64,000 nt of DNA, from positions 256,001-320,000 of the forward strand of contig CAWDVE010000017.1 in the NCBI GenBank assembly GCA_963805625.1, read 5' to 3'. Each line of letters opens with the position of its first letter. Position 1 is the stretch's first letter. Shown here piece by piece: positions 8,886 through 18,888 of the stretch. The notes below the pieces were generated by a model. It did no database searches and had not been told where the DNA came from. It was given only the letters and a program-made list of their open reading frames with translations. The translations under genes and the position numbers were made by a program. This stretch comes from an uncultured Candidatus Rokubacteria bacterium. GTDB taxonomy: Bacteria > Methylomirabilota > Methylomirabilia > Rokubacteriales > DASRDR01.

Positions 8886-9143
8886 GTCGGGATACGCGCC
8901 GAGGTGGTCGCCGAGCGCGCCGTGAAGGAGATGCGGCGCTACCTCGCGGCCGGCGTGCCGGTGGGTCCGCATCTCGCGGACCAGCTTCTCCTGCCGATGG
9001 CGCTGGCCGGGCACGGCGCGTTCCGGACCAGCGGGCTCTCTTCCCACAGCCGGACGAACCTCGCCGTGATCCGGATGTTCTCGCCGACCCGGATCTCGGT
9101 CGCTGGCGATCGGGACGACGTCCTCGTCGAGTTCGGTGGCTGA
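8886..9143 (+). pseudogene. rtcA: RNA 3'-terminal phosphate cyclase C-terminal remnant
   Basis: GIRAEVVAERAV...VPVGPHLADQLLLPMALAG...SSHSRTNLAVIRMF; no N-terminal part. Confidence 0.75.
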
Positions 9144-9159
9144 TCACGGTCACGCCACG

Positions 9160-10194
9160 TCAATACCCTCGATCCCGCTCGAAGAGATTGCGCAGCGGGG
9201 TGCCGGCCAGGTAGCGCGTGAGGTTGTCGCAGAAGAGGTCGACCACACGCTCGTTCTCGTCGAGGGCCGTGCTCATGCTGTGGGGTGTGACGAGCACGTT
9301 GGGCAGGTCCCAGAGCGGGCTGTCGGGGGGCAGGGGCTCGACGGTGAAGACGTCCAGGGCGGCACCGTCGAGGCGGCCGTTGCGAAGCGCCCGCACCAGT
9401 GCGGTCTCGTCCACGACCTGGCCGCGGGCCACGTTGATCAGCACGGCCCCGGGCTTCATCATGGCTAGCTCCGCCTCGCCGATCAGCTCCGTCGTGTCCT
9501 GGGTGAGGGGTACCGTCAGGGCGACGTAGTCGCTCTCGGCGAGCAGCCTCGGAAGCCCGTCCGGCGGATAGATCTCGCCCAGCCCGGGGCTCGCCGCCGC
9601 CGGCGTGCGCCGCGTCGCCACCACGCGCACGCCGAGGGCCCGCGCCAGGCGCTTCACCTCGTCTCCGACGCGACCCAGACCCACGACGCCCAGGGTCTTC
9701 CCGGGCAGGGTGTCCAGGGCAAACCGCTCCCATCGGTGCGCGCGCTGGTCGGCGAGGATCCGGGGCAGGCGCTTGGCGAAGTACAGCATTGCGAAGAGGA
9801 CGAACTCGGCCAGGGCGCGCGCGTGGATGCCGGCGGCGTTGGTGACGAGGACGTCCGCGTGGCCGAGATTCATGGCGTGAACGAATGCCGCGACGCCGGA
9901 GCTGGAGAATTGGATCCAGCGCAGGCGGGGAGCGCGTCGCGGCAGATCGTCGCTGCGAGGCCGGTAGGCATCGAACATCACCTCGGCCTCGGCGACGAGG
10001 CGGTCCCACTCGGCGTCCTGGTCCGGCGACCGCTTCATCGGGGCGGTGTGGTCGCCCGGGTAGCGCGGCTGGCCCACGAGGTCCGCCCGGTAAGTCACGG
10101 CGATCCTGAGATCGACCGACCGGATGCGGTCGACGAGATGCGGCTCGAGGAACGATGCGATCAACACGCGCACAGGCGGCGCGGGGACAGTCAT
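9160..10194 (-). CDS. D-2-hydroxyacid dehydrogenase
   Basis: GVVGLGRVG, LINVARG, GAALDVFTVEPL and VTPH. Confidence 0.9.
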   Translation of the reverse strand: MTVPAPPVRVLIASFLEPHLVDRIRSVDLRIAVTYRADLVGQPRYPGDHTAPMKRSPDQDAEWDRLVAEAEVMFDAYRPRSDDLPRRAPRLRWIQFSSSGVAAFVHAMNLGHADVLVTNAAGIHARALAEFVLFAMLYFAKRLPRILADQRAHRWERFALDTLPGKTLGVVGLGRVGDEVKRLARALGVRVVATRRTPAAASPGLGEIYPPDGLPRLLAESDYVALTVPLTQDTTELIGEAELAMMKPGAVLINVARGQVVDETALVRALRNGRLDGAALDVFTVEPLPPDSPLWDLPNVLVTPHSMSTALDENERVVDLFCDNLTRYLAGTPLRNLFERDRGY

Positions 10195-10307
10195 GTCGAA
10201 GCTCCCGGTCTGATGGTGATCGTTCAGCCTCCGTAGCCCAGCTCGCGCAACGGTCGGCGGCGTACCGTTGGCCCTCGGCCGTGGCTTGACGCGCGGGGAG
10301 CCTGAGC

Positions 10308-10772
10308 TCAGCGGATCACGCTGAGATGCCCGTCCTGCTCGAGAAGCACGTAGCGGAGGCCTCGCACCGTCACGATGCCTTCCCGGCGGAGCGCCGCATG
10401 GAACTCCGAGAGGCTCAGCCGTTCGCGCGCGAGGTTCTCCTGCAGGATCCGGCCGTGGCGGACGAGGATCGTCGGCACGTGCTCGACCACCCGCCGGACG
10501 GGCTTCGAGCGGAACGTCAGCCACGCCACACCGGCGTTCAACGCGAGGATGGTCGTGGCGCCGATGAGCCCGCCTCCCAGTGAGTTGTCGTTCCCGATGA
10601 GGGCGTTCTGCACCACGTTGCTGATGACGAGGAGAACGACGAGGTCGAAGGGCGTCATCTGTCCGAGCTGGCGCTTGCCCACGAGCCGGAAGGCCGCCAG
10701 CAGGAACACGTAGACGACGACCGACCGGACGACCTTCTCGACGAGCGGAATGTCGGGAAGCCAGAGGTGCAC
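10308..10772 (-). CDS. DUF421/YetF family membrane protein
   Basis: GKRQLGQMTPFDLVVLLVISN and LEQDGHLSVI; SD AAGGAGG before GTG. Confidence 0.85.
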   Translation of the reverse strand: MHLWLPDIPLVEKVVRSVVVYVFLLAAFRLVGKRQLGQMTPFDLVVLLVISNVVQNALIGNDNSLGGGLIGATTILALNAGVAWLTFRSKPVRRVVEHVPTILVRHGRILQENLARERLSLSEFHAALRREGIVTVRGLRYVLLEQDGHLSVIR

Positions 10773-10946
10773 GGGGTCCTCCTTCGCGTCACCTCCTCCG
10801 CATCGATGGACGCGGGGTGACGCGAGTCCATCGTACGGGACCCCGGAGCGGACACGAAGGTTGTCGCGCTCCGCCGCCGTGACCATCGCGGTGAGAGGGT
10901 CCGGGCGCTCCCCGCCGCCGGGCCGGCCCGCGCCGGCGAGGCCGCG

Positions 10947-11372
10947 CTACAGGAGCCGCGCGTGGAGCGAGATCTGGACGCCCGCCAGCGCCACCGAGAC
11001 GGGGCAGTTCTTCTTGGCCGTTTCGGCGTGCTCGGCGAACGCCGGGGCGGCGAGCCCCGGCACCTCGGCCTCGGTGTCGAGCTCGATCCGGGTCAGGCGG
11101 AAGTTCCCGCCCACGTTCTCGAGGTGCACCCGCGCGGTGGTGTGGATGCGCCGGGGCGTGAGCCCGGCCCCGCTCAGGCCGGCCGACAGCGCCATGGAGA
11201 AGCATCCCGCGTGGGCCGCGCCGATCAGCTCCTCCGGGTTGGTGCCGGCGCCGTCCTCGAACCGCGAGCGGAACGAGTAGGGGCCTTCGAACGCGCCGCT
11301 GCCGAGCTTGACCCGGCCCTTGCCTTCGCGAAGCGTGCCTTCCCAGACTGCCTCCGCATTCCGTACCGTCAT
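10947..11372 (-). CDS. osmC: OsmC family peroxiredoxin
   Basis: GTNPEELIGAAHAGCFSMAL and AKKNCPVS. Confidence 0.92.
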   Translation of the reverse strand: MTVRNAEAVWEGTLREGKGRVKLGSGAFEGPYSFRSRFEDGAGTNPEELIGAAHAGCFSMALSAGLSGAGLTPRRIHTTARVHLENVGGNFRLTRIELDTEAEVPGLAAPAFAEHAETAKKNCPVSVALAGVQISLHARLL

Positions 11373-11671
11373 CGGGATCCTCCCGGCGGCCCCGGCGGAG
11401 CCTCGAGGTCCGCGTACTCTGGGTGCCGCTTCATGAACGCTTGCACGAACGGACAGAGGGGACGCACCAGGAGCCGCCGCCGGCGGGCATCGTCGAGGGC
11501 AGCGCGGGCCAGCGCATCCGCGATCCCCCGGCCCCGCAGCTCGGGCGGCACCTCGGTGTGGATCAGCGTCACGTGGCCCGCGGCCTCACGATACGTGAGC
11601 ATCCCCGTGTGACCGTCGACGGTCACCTCGAAGCGGCGCCCGTCGTCGTTCCGTGTCACGTCCATCGGCAC
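11369..11671 (-). CDS. GNAT N-acetyltransferase (YjdJ-like)
   Basis: HTEVPPELRGRGIA and PLCPFV. Confidence 0.85.
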   Translation of the reverse strand: MPMDVTRNDDGRRFEVTVDGHTGMLTYREAAGHVTLIHTEVPPELRGRGIADALARAALDDARRRRLLVRPLCPFVQAFMKRHPEYADLEAPPGPPGGSR

Positions 11672-11693
11672 GCTCCCTGTCGCCCGCCGGTGA

Positions 11694-11921
11694 TCAGACC
11701 CGTTCCCACGACAGGGCGCCCGACGGACATTGCTCGACCTGCACGACGATCCGGTCGCTGGACGCGCCTCCGAGATCGATCCACGGCCGCTCCCCGGGCC
11801 GGAACACCTCGGCGAGCCCGCGCACGCACACGCCGGAGTGCGCGCAGAGGTCCGGACGCCAGATCACGCGGATCTCGCCATTCTCGTAGGCTCGCGTCAC
11901 TCCGCGCGTGTCGTCGACCAT
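11694..11921 (-). CDS. Divergent 4Fe-4S cluster protein (YjdI-like)
   Basis: CAHSGVCVRGL, RPWI and QCPSGAL; SD AGGAGGG. Confidence 0.85.
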   Translation of the reverse strand: MVDDTRGVTRAYENGEIRVIWRPDLCAHSGVCVRGLAEVFRPGERPWIDLGGASSDRIVVQVEQCPSGALSWERV

Positions 11922-12021
11922 GTCGCCCTCCTGCGGTGCCACTTCGTCCACCGTACCAGGAGCGCGGCGAGGCCTCAACTCGCGTGGCTCGCTGGCGCGA
12001 GCCCATCCATAATGGGGAGCC

Positions 12022-13641
12022 GTGGAGTCCCTGTACCGGCTCGAGGCGGTGGTCCTCCTCCTGGGCGCCGTGCTGGTACTCATGGCGGTCGCCCGGCGCG
12101 TCCTCATTCCCTATCCGATCTTCCTGGTTCTCGGCGGGCTCATCCTGGGCTTCGTGCCCGGCGTTCCCGCTGTGCGGCTCGACCCCGAGATCGTCTTCCT
12201 GATCTTCCTGCCGCCCATCCTCTGGGCGGCGGCCTACTTCACGTCGCTCCGCGACTTCCAGGCGAACCTCCGCCCTATCACGCTCCTCGCGGTGGGACTG
12301 GTCCTGGCGACGACGGCGGGCGTCGCCGCCGTGGCGCACGCGATCGTGCCGGGTCTCGGCTGGCCCGCGGCATTCGTCCTGGGGGCCATCGTGTCCCCGC
12401 CGGACGCGGTCGCGGCCACGGCCATCGCCCGGCGGCTCCGGATCCCGCACCGCGTCGTCACGATCCTCGAGGGGGAAAGCCTGGTGAACGACGCCGCCGC
12501 GCTGGTGCTGTATCGCGCCGCCGTCATCGCCACCGTGACCGGCACCTTCGTGGTGGGGGAGACCCTCTGGCAGTTCGTCCTCGCGGCGGTGGGCGGCGTG
12601 GCCATCGGGCTGGCGGTCGGCTACGTGACGCGGGAGGCCCTCCATCACGCCGAGGACAGCCTGGTGGAGACGGCGATCACGCTGCTGGTGCCCTACGCGG
12701 CCTGGATCTTGGCCGAGCGCGCGCACACGTCGGCGGTGCTCGCCTGCGTCGTCGGGGGCATCTACGTGCGCCGGGGCTTCAGCACGGCCGTGCCGCCCGC
12801 GACGCGGATCCGGGCGCGGGCGGTCTGGGACCTCCTTGTCTTCGTCCTGAACGGCGTGATCTTCGTGCTCATCGGGCTCCAGCTTCGCGCGATCCGAGAC
12901 GCGGGTCTCGGGGAGAGCCCGGCGCGCGTCGTCATGTACGGCGCCGTGATCAGCGCCGTCGCGATCGGGATTCGCCTCGTCTGGGTGCCGCTCGCGACGG
13001 TGATCCCGCGGCTCCTGAGCCCGGCGCTCAATCGGCGCGATCCCTTGCCGCCGTGGTCCGCGGTCTTCCTGCTGGCGTGGACCGGCATGCGCGGCATCGT
13101 TTCCCTCGCCGCGGCCCTCGGGCTCCCGCTCGCGACGGCGAACGGCGCGCCGTTCCCGTCGCGCGACCAGATCATCGTCATCACCTTCGAGGTGATCCTC
13201 GCCACGCTCGTGCTCCAGGGGCTGACCCTCTCACCCCTCATCCGCCGGCTCCGGCTCGGCGACGACACCACTCTGGAGCTCGAGGAGGCCCACGCGCGGC
13301 AGGAGGCTGGCCGCGCGGCACTGGCGCGGCTCGACGACCTGGCAGCGGGGCCGGGGTCGCCGCGCGAGGACATCGAGCGGATGCGCACTCTCTACACGCA
13401 GCGTGTCCAGCGCGCCTCGTCGATCGACCCGGGGGCGGGCGCCGAGTCCGCCCGCGCCCAGGCCGCCCTCCGGCGGCTCCGTCACGAGGCGCTCTCCGCG
13501 GAGCGGCGGGCCCTCATCGCGCTCCGCGACCAGGGCGTGATCAGCGACGACGTGCTTCATCGGCTGGAGCAGGAGCTCGACATCGAGGCGATGCGCATCG
13601 GGCTCGGCGAGGAGCGCCTGTCCGGCCACTCGCACGGCTGA
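12022..13641 (+). CDS. Na+/H+ antiporter (CPA1 family)
   Basis: FLPPIL, LGAIVSPPDAVA, ILEGESLVNDA and GMRGIVSLAAAL. Confidence 0.92.
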   Translation: MESLYRLEAVVLLLGAVLVLMAVARRVLIPYPIFLVLGGLILGFVPGVPAVRLDPEIVFLIFLPPILWAAAYFTSLRDFQANLRPITLLAVGLVLATTAGVAAVAHAIVPGLGWPAAFVLGAIVSPPDAVAATAIARRLRIPHRVVTILEGESLVNDAAALVLYRAAVIATVTGTFVVGETLWQFVLAAVGGVAIGLAVGYVTREALHHAEDSLVETAITLLVPYAAWILAERAHTSAVLACVVGGIYVRRGFSTAVPPATRIRARAVWDLLVFVLNGVIFVLIGLQLRAIRDAGLGESPARVVMYGAVISAVAIGIRLVWVPLATVIPRLLSPALNRRDPLPPWSAVFLLAWTGMRGIVSLAAALGLPLATANGAPFPSRDQIIVITFEVILATLVLQGLTLSPLIRRLRLGDDTTLELEEAHARQEAGRAALARLDDLAAGPGSPREDIERMRTLYTQRVQRASSIDPGAGAESARAQAALRRLRHEALSAERRALIALRDQGVISDDVLHRLEQELDIEAMRIGLGEERLSGHSHG

Positions 13642-13670
13642 GGCGCCGCCTTCGGGGTCGGCTCGCGCCT

Positions 13671-14438
13671 TCAGCGCGACGACCCGGGAGACTCCACCGT
13701 CCCGCGATGCTGCAGGTATCGGGCGACGAGCCAGCAGAGCAGCGCCCACCCGAGCCCCGCGGCCCAGCCCGCGAGCACGTCGGTTGGGTAGTGGACGCCC
13801 AGACAGACCCGCGTGATGCCGATGAGACACGTCAGGCCGAGTGAGATCCCGATGACGTAGACCCTGATGGGTCGCCGGGCGACGAACCGAGCCAGCAAGG
13901 CCCCGAGGGTGAGGTAGATGACGGCGGCCGCCATGGAATGCCCGCTGGGGAAGCTCAGACCCTCGACGGTGACCAGGTGAGGCACGACGTCGGGACGGGT
14001 TCGGGCGAAGACCTGTTTCAGGGCCACGCTTAGGAGACCCCCCCCGGCGGCGGCCACCAGCACGAACGTTGCCGCGCCGTATCGATGCAGTAGCGCGAGG
14101 TAGCCGATCGCGCAGAGGACGACGGTCGTCAGAATCGCGGTGCTGCCGAGGGCCGTGAAGTCGGTGACCGCCTCCGCGAGCCACGGGGGACCGATCAGCA
14201 GCGCGGGATTGTCCGTGCGGCGGACGAGTCGGAGTAGCCACTCGTCGAACTTGTGCATCTCGCCTTCACGCAACTCCTCCGCCAGCTCGAGAAAGCCGTA
14301 CACGGCGAGGACAACCGCGAAGGCGGTGAGCAAGATGATGGCTTCTTGACGCGCGAGCCAGCCCAGCGGAAGACGAGCCGCGTCGCGGAGAGGCCGAAGC
14401 AGGCTGCGGACACTGGAGGCGCGACGCGTGGCGGTCAT
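13671..14438 (-). CDS. PAP2 family phosphatase
   Basis: KQVFARTRP, SFPSGHS and RVCLGVHYPTDV. Confidence 0.9.
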   Translation of the reverse strand: MTATRRASSVRSLLRPLRDAARLPLGWLARQEAIILLTAFAVVLAVYGFLELAEELREGEMHKFDEWLLRLVRRTDNPALLIGPPWLAEAVTDFTALGSTAILTTVVLCAIGYLALLHRYGAATFVLVAAAGGGLLSVALKQVFARTRPDVVPHLVTVEGLSFPSGHSMAAAVIYLTLGALLARFVARRPIRVYVIGISLGLTCLIGITRVCLGVHYPTDVLAGWAAGLGWALLCWLVARYLQHRGTVESPGSSR

Positions 14439-14550
14439 GCCTCGCTCGCCTTCAGTGCGGGGTCTCGGGTCACGGGGCCTCGGGCCGCTCCTCGATGGAG
14501 GATCGGAGTGCAGGATGCCGGTGCCCGACCCGCCTAGGGAATACGTGCGC

Positions 14551-15126
14551 CTAGGGCCGAGGGAGGAAGCCGCTGGTCGGGCCCGCCACCAGCGGGCCAC
14601 ACAACACTCGATCGCCCGAGTTTCCAGAGGGGTCCGTCTGCTGATCATCCGCCTTCTCGTGGATCACGACGGCGCTGCCATCGGCGTCGAAGATCGAAGC
14701 GGGGCCGGTGCCAAGCGTCAGCCGATCGGTGACCGCGACGTACTCCGTCCGGCCGCTCGCGTTGGCCTCGAGGTCGGGCAGGTCACCACCATGGGCGCCT
14801 TCCGGATTCGCGAGGCCATGCTTCTTCCCCATGGGGTTGAAGTGACCGCTCGCACTCTGGAACGCGGGCGGCTCGCACTGACCGACGGCGTGCACGTGGA
14901 TGCCATGGCGACCGGGCGTTAGCCCGCCGGCCTGCACCACGATCCGGATCCGTCCGTCCTCTTGCCGGAGCACGGCCGAGCCGACGGACTCCCCGCTCGC
15001 GTTCTTCAGCTCGGCCCATGCCATCCGGGACGGCTCGCTCGCCCGCGGTGCGGTGGCGCAGCCGCCGATGAGGGCGAGCGCCACCAGGATCGAGCCTGAC
15101 GCCGTCAGTTCCTTCATGCCCCGCAT
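14551..15126 (-). CDS. sodC: Cu/Zn superoxide dismutase family lipoprotein
   Basis: Lipobox-like LIGGC; HGIHVH, SASGHFNP, HGGDLP, VVIHEKADD and GNSGDRVLCG. Confidence 0.85.
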   Translation of the reverse strand: MRGMKELTASGSILVALALIGGCATAPRASEPSRMAWAELKNASGESVGSAVLRQEDGRIRIVVQAGGLTPGRHGIHVHAVGQCEPPAFQSASGHFNPMGKKHGLANPEGAHGGDLPDLEANASGRTEYVAVTDRLTLGTGPASIFDADGSAVVIHEKADDQQTDPSGNSGDRVLCGPLVAGPTSGFLPRP

Positions 15127-15301
15127 CGACACCTCCCTGGAAACGTCGCCTGGTCCGGCTGGCGCCGCTCGTGCCCGAGGGCCGGCTAGCGCCGTATGGA
15201 CGGCCTGGAGAAGCCGGCAGCCCGTTTGCACGAATCGGTCATGGGCCCACTCTGGAGCGTACACGCCCCCGGGGGACCGATCCACACCCAAGGAGGATCC
15301 G

Positions 15302-15721
15302 ATGGCTCGATATCTGCGCGACATCATGACCCAGAGACCGGTGACCCTGCAGACGACCGACACCGTCATTGCTGCGGCACGCTCCATGCGCGACGGGAAC
15401 ATCGGCGACGTCGTGGTCCTCGAGGAGGACCGGATCCAGGGCATCCTGACCGATCGTGACATCGTAGTCCGGGCCTTGGCGGAAGGGCGGGATCCGGCTC
15501 GGACGACCGTGGGAGAGATCTGCAGCCGCGAGCTGACCACGCTCTCCCCGACCGATGCGATCGGGGACGCCGAGAAAATCATGCGTGACAAGGCGATCCG
15601 CCGGCTTCCTGTCGTCGAGGAAGGAAGGCCGGTCGGAATCGTGTCGCTGGGCGACCTGGCGGTCGAACAGAGTCCCGAGTCCACGCTCGGCGGTATCAGC
15701 GCCGCCCCGCCGAACCGGTAG
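15302..15721 (+). CDS. CBS domain protein
   Basis: Two CBS repeats (GILTDRDIVVR; IRRLPVV...GIVSLGDL); SD AAGGAGG. Confidence 0.9.
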   Translation: MARYLRDIMTQRPVTLQTTDTVIAAARSMRDGNIGDVVVLEEDRIQGILTDRDIVVRALAEGRDPARTTVGEICSRELTTLSPTDAIGDAEKIMRDKAIRRLPVVEEGRPVGIVSLGDLAVEQSPESTLGGISAAPPNR

Positions 15722-15797
15722 CCTCGAGGTCCACGCCCCGGCGCCAGGATGGCGGCGTCACGACAGCGTGACGCCGCTCGCCGGCGGATGGGCACGC

Positions 15798-16397
15798 CTA
15801 GAACTTGATCTGCGGCGCCGCTTCGCTGCCCGGCGCGGCCTCGAAGAACGGCTTCTCCCGAAAGCCTCGGAAGGACGCCACGAGGCTGGTCGGGAAGCTC
15901 CGGACCGCGGTGTTGTAGGCGCGGACCGACTCGTTGAAGCGGCGCCGCTCGGCTGCCACCCGGTTCTCGATGCTCTCCAGCTGATTCTGGAGCGCCAGGA
16001 AATTCTGGTTGGACTTGAGCTCCGGGTAGCGCTCCACGGTCACCAGGAGACGGCTCAGGGCGCCGGTCAGCTGGTTCTGCGCCTCCTGGAATTTCCGGAG
16101 CAGCGCCGGGTCGTTCAGGACCTCGGGGGTGACCTTGATTCCCGCCACGCTCGCGCGTGCGCGGGTGACCTCCTCGAGGACGGTGCGCTCCTGGGCGGCG
16201 AAGCCCTTCACGGTTTCGACCAGATTCGGGATGAGATCGGCCCGCTGCTGGTAGACGGTCTGGACCTGGGCCCAACTCTCCTGCACGGCCTGGTCCTGGG
16301 CCACGAGGCCGTTGTTGACGGAGATCGCCCAGCCGAGGCCGACGATCACGACCAGCGCCATGACACCGAGGACGAGGAGTCCGGATTTCATGCGCAT
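15798..16397 (-). CDS. lemA: LemA family protein
   Basis: QQRADLIPNLVETVKG, ERYPELKSNQNF and ENRVAAERRRFN. Confidence 0.92.
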   Translation of the reverse strand: MRMKSGLLVLGVMALVVIVGLGWAISVNNGLVAQDQAVQESWAQVQTVYQQRADLIPNLVETVKGFAAQERTVLEEVTRARASVAGIKVTPEVLNDPALLRKFQEAQNQLTGALSRLLVTVERYPELKSNQNFLALQNQLESIENRVAAERRRFNESVRAYNTAVRSFPTSLVASFRGFREKPFFEAAPGSEAAPQIKF

Positions 16398-16484
16398 GCC
16401 TCCCTTCCGGGGTGAACGAGCCGCGCGTTGACTCCCGTCCGCCCGATCGTCTCCGCGCCCGAGGGGCGGGACGCTCCCGTCCGC

Positions 16485-17264
16485 TCAGGCATCGGGATGC
16501 CTGGGAGTGTCGGTCGACAGCAGGCGTCGCCGCAGGAGGGCGACGTATGCGAGCGCCGTGATCGCCAGGTAGAGCTCCAGCATCTCGAAAAGAGCCGGGT
16601 CACGGCCCGCCCGGACGTTGTGCGGCAGCGTGCGGAACAGTCGCATCAGCAGTGTGACGACGACGAGCGACATCAGCTCGCCACGCGGCAAGAGGTAGTA
16701 CGCCCAGCGACCCAGCGCGAATTGCCCACCGGCCCACATGGCCGCGGCGGGCAGCACGATGCCTCCCATCATGACTCCCGCGAGGGCGACGTTGCGCAGT
16801 GACTTGCCCGGCTTGTCGCCGAAGAGGTTGTGGAGGTTGGTCTCGTGCTGGGCGTTCTGCTCGGCAAACCAGCGCGGACTGTGCCAGCCGAAGAAGTGCT
16901 GGCCGTAGCTGATCTCCTCGAGGCCGGCGAAGAGCGCGCCGAGAGCGAACAAGACGTAGAGCATCCGGGCGGCGGCGGGCGCGCGCCCGCGCGTCCGCAT
17001 CGCCAGCCCGAGGCCGAGGACGGTCGCCGCGCCGAAGCACGCCGCCGTTCCGAGCTCGACGGGCCCATACTCCGAGTCGAACACCCAGAGAAACACCTCG
17101 CGGCTCATCAGGTTGTGGGCCATTAGGAAGACGGATACGCTGTAGATCACCACGCCGACCCAGGGCAGGATGACGTACGCTATCCGCGCGGAACGGCGCC
17201 GTCCCGCGAATCCGGTCTCGCCCGCCGTGCCGCTGTTTCTCGCGACCGCGCGGGCGGAGCTCAT
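16485..17264 (-). CDS. Multi-pass membrane protein (EEISYGQH / ETNLHN family)
   Basis: GPVE, GLEEISYGQHFFGW and NAQHETNLHN; close paralog of the C-terminal domain of 18889..20931. Confidence 0.75.
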   Translation of the reverse strand: MSSARAVARNSGTAGETGFAGRRRSARIAYVILPWVGVVIYSVSVFLMAHNLMSREVFLWVFDSEYGPVELGTAACFGAATVLGLGLAMRTRGRAPAAARMLYVLFALGALFAGLEEISYGQHFFGWHSPRWFAEQNAQHETNLHNLFGDKPGKSLRNVALAGVMMGGIVLPAAAMWAGGQFALGRWAYYLLPRGELMSLVVVTLLMRLFRTLPHNVRAGRDPALFEMLELYLAITALAYVALLRRRLLSTDTPRHPDA

Positions 17265-17380
17265 GGCCGGGCCCCGCACCGACACGGCCCGATTCACGCA
17301 TGCAGCCTCACGGCTGTCAATCGGTCCCCGGTCCCCGTGTCAGAATGCTCATCGTGAACGGCGCGGGCTCGCCGACTCCG

Positions 17381-18868
17381 ATGCAGCGCACCGGGGCCAG
17401 CCTGAGAGTGTTTCTCGGACTGCTCGGCCTCTACGCCGGCGTCCACATCACGCTCCGCCTGATGCTGTCGCCGGTGCTGGCCATCGACGACGCCCGCGAG
17501 CTACTCCTGAGTCAGACGCTCGAGGTCGGCTATCTGCCGCGGCAGCCTCCCCTCTACAACTGGCTGGCATGGGGCAGTGTCCGGCTCTTGGGCGTCAACA
17601 CCGCCGCGCTGGTCGTCTGCCGGTACGCGACGCTCTCCGTCGCCTACCTCTTCCTGTATCCGAGTGCCGTGCACGTGCTCGGCCGCTCCGCGCTGGCCAT
17701 CCTGGCCGCGTTCTCGCTCATCTTGATGGGCCCCCTGAATTGGGACGCGCACGCCGAGCTGACCCACAGCCTGGCCGCCCTGGCCGCCGCAGCGGCCACC
17801 TTCTTCGCGCTGCTCCGATTAGGACGCTCGGGAAGCGTCCTGGCGTATCTAGGGCTCGGGACGGCCTTCGCGGCCGGCTTCCTGGCGAAGTTCAGCTACG
17901 GGCTTTTCGCAGGCTCGCTACTCCTCGCGGCGCTCTGCACGGCTGAGTATCGACGCCGCATCCTGTCCGTCCGATTTGGGCTCACGATCGGCACGGTCCT
18001 CGTCCTGTGCGCCCCGTACACCCTGTGGTTCGTCGACCACGGCCTCCCGATCCCACGCATGTACGCGGAGGAAGTGCGCCGCGAGGCGACGTCGAGCTAT
18101 CTCAGGGGCATGTCGAATGGCTTCTATCACCTCGGCCGCATGCTGCTCATCTACCTGGGACCCTTCTGCGTGCTGTTTCTCGCCGTGTTCGGGCGGGTGT
18201 GGAGGCCGCGGGTGGCCGACGGGTCGGGCGCGCAGCGGCTGCTCCGAGGTCTGTTGCTGAGCGAGGGCGGCATGCTGGTCGTCGCCATCCTGGCGGGGAG
18301 CATCACGTACCTTCGATTTCGATGGCTCATGCCTGCATTCTTTCTCGCGCCGCTCCTGGCCCTGTCGGGGGTCGACACGCGAGGGCTCAAGCCCCGGCGG
18401 CTCGCCCGCTACGCCGCCGGGCTCCTCGCGGTCGAGGTTCTCGTGCTTCTTGGGCTGACGGTCAACGTCTTCCGGGGCGACGCCCTCGGTGAGCCGACGC
18501 GGCTCAACGAGCCATACGACGTGGTGGCGACGGGACTGGCGGCGGCCGAATTCACGCGCGGGACGATCGCCGCTGGCGAAGGGCCCTTGGCTGGAAACCT
18601 TCGGTTGCGCTTTCCCGAGTCCCGTGTGATCCGTCTGACAAATCCGGACTACCTGCCGCCCACCCGGGGCGCGGGGCAGTGCCTAGTGGTGTGGGAAGAG
18701 CAGATGGGCGACCGGGCTCGACTCCTGGCCTGGGTGTCCTCGGCGCTCGGGGCCAGCGTCGTGAACGAGTCGGTCAAGGCGATCGCGGCGCCGTACCATC
18801 ACGCCAGGGCCCACGCCATGCAGGTGAGTTATGTCTGGATTCCAGCCGGCCGCGGCGACTGTCGCTGA
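17381..18868 (+). CDS. GT-C glycosyltransferase (ArnT/PMT_2, family 39-like); start uncertain
   Basis: IDDARE, QPPLYNWL and GFLAKFSY; many TM helices. Confidence 0.75.
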   Translation: MQRTGASLRVFLGLLGLYAGVHITLRLMLSPVLAIDDARELLLSQTLEVGYLPRQPPLYNWLAWGSVRLLGVNTAALVVCRYATLSVAYLFLYPSAVHVLGRSALAILAAFSLILMGPLNWDAHAELTHSLAALAAAAATFFALLRLGRSGSVLAYLGLGTAFAAGFLAKFSYGLFAGSLLLAALCTAEYRRRILSVRFGLTIGTVLVLCAPYTLWFVDHGLPIPRMYAEEVRREATSSYLRGMSNGFYHLGRMLLIYLGPFCVLFLAVFGRVWRPRVADGSGAQRLLRGLLLSEGGMLVVAILAGSITYLRFRWLMPAFFLAPLLALSGVDTRGLKPRRLARYAAGLLAVEVLVLLGLTVNVFRGDALGEPTRLNEPYDVVATGLAAAEFTRGTIAAGEGPLAGNLRLRFPESRVIRLTNPDYLPPTRGAGQCLVVWEEQMGDRARLLAWVSSALGASVVNESVKAIAAPYHHARAHAMQVSYVWIPAGRGDCR

Positions 18869-18888
18869 GCGGCGAAAAGCCGGCCGGG

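Noticed and set aside
14551-16275. 574-aa ORF as a large SodC fusion
   Set aside because: Only the last ~191 aa are SodC, with their own SD and lipoprotein signal. The rest overlaps the CBS gene and lemA.
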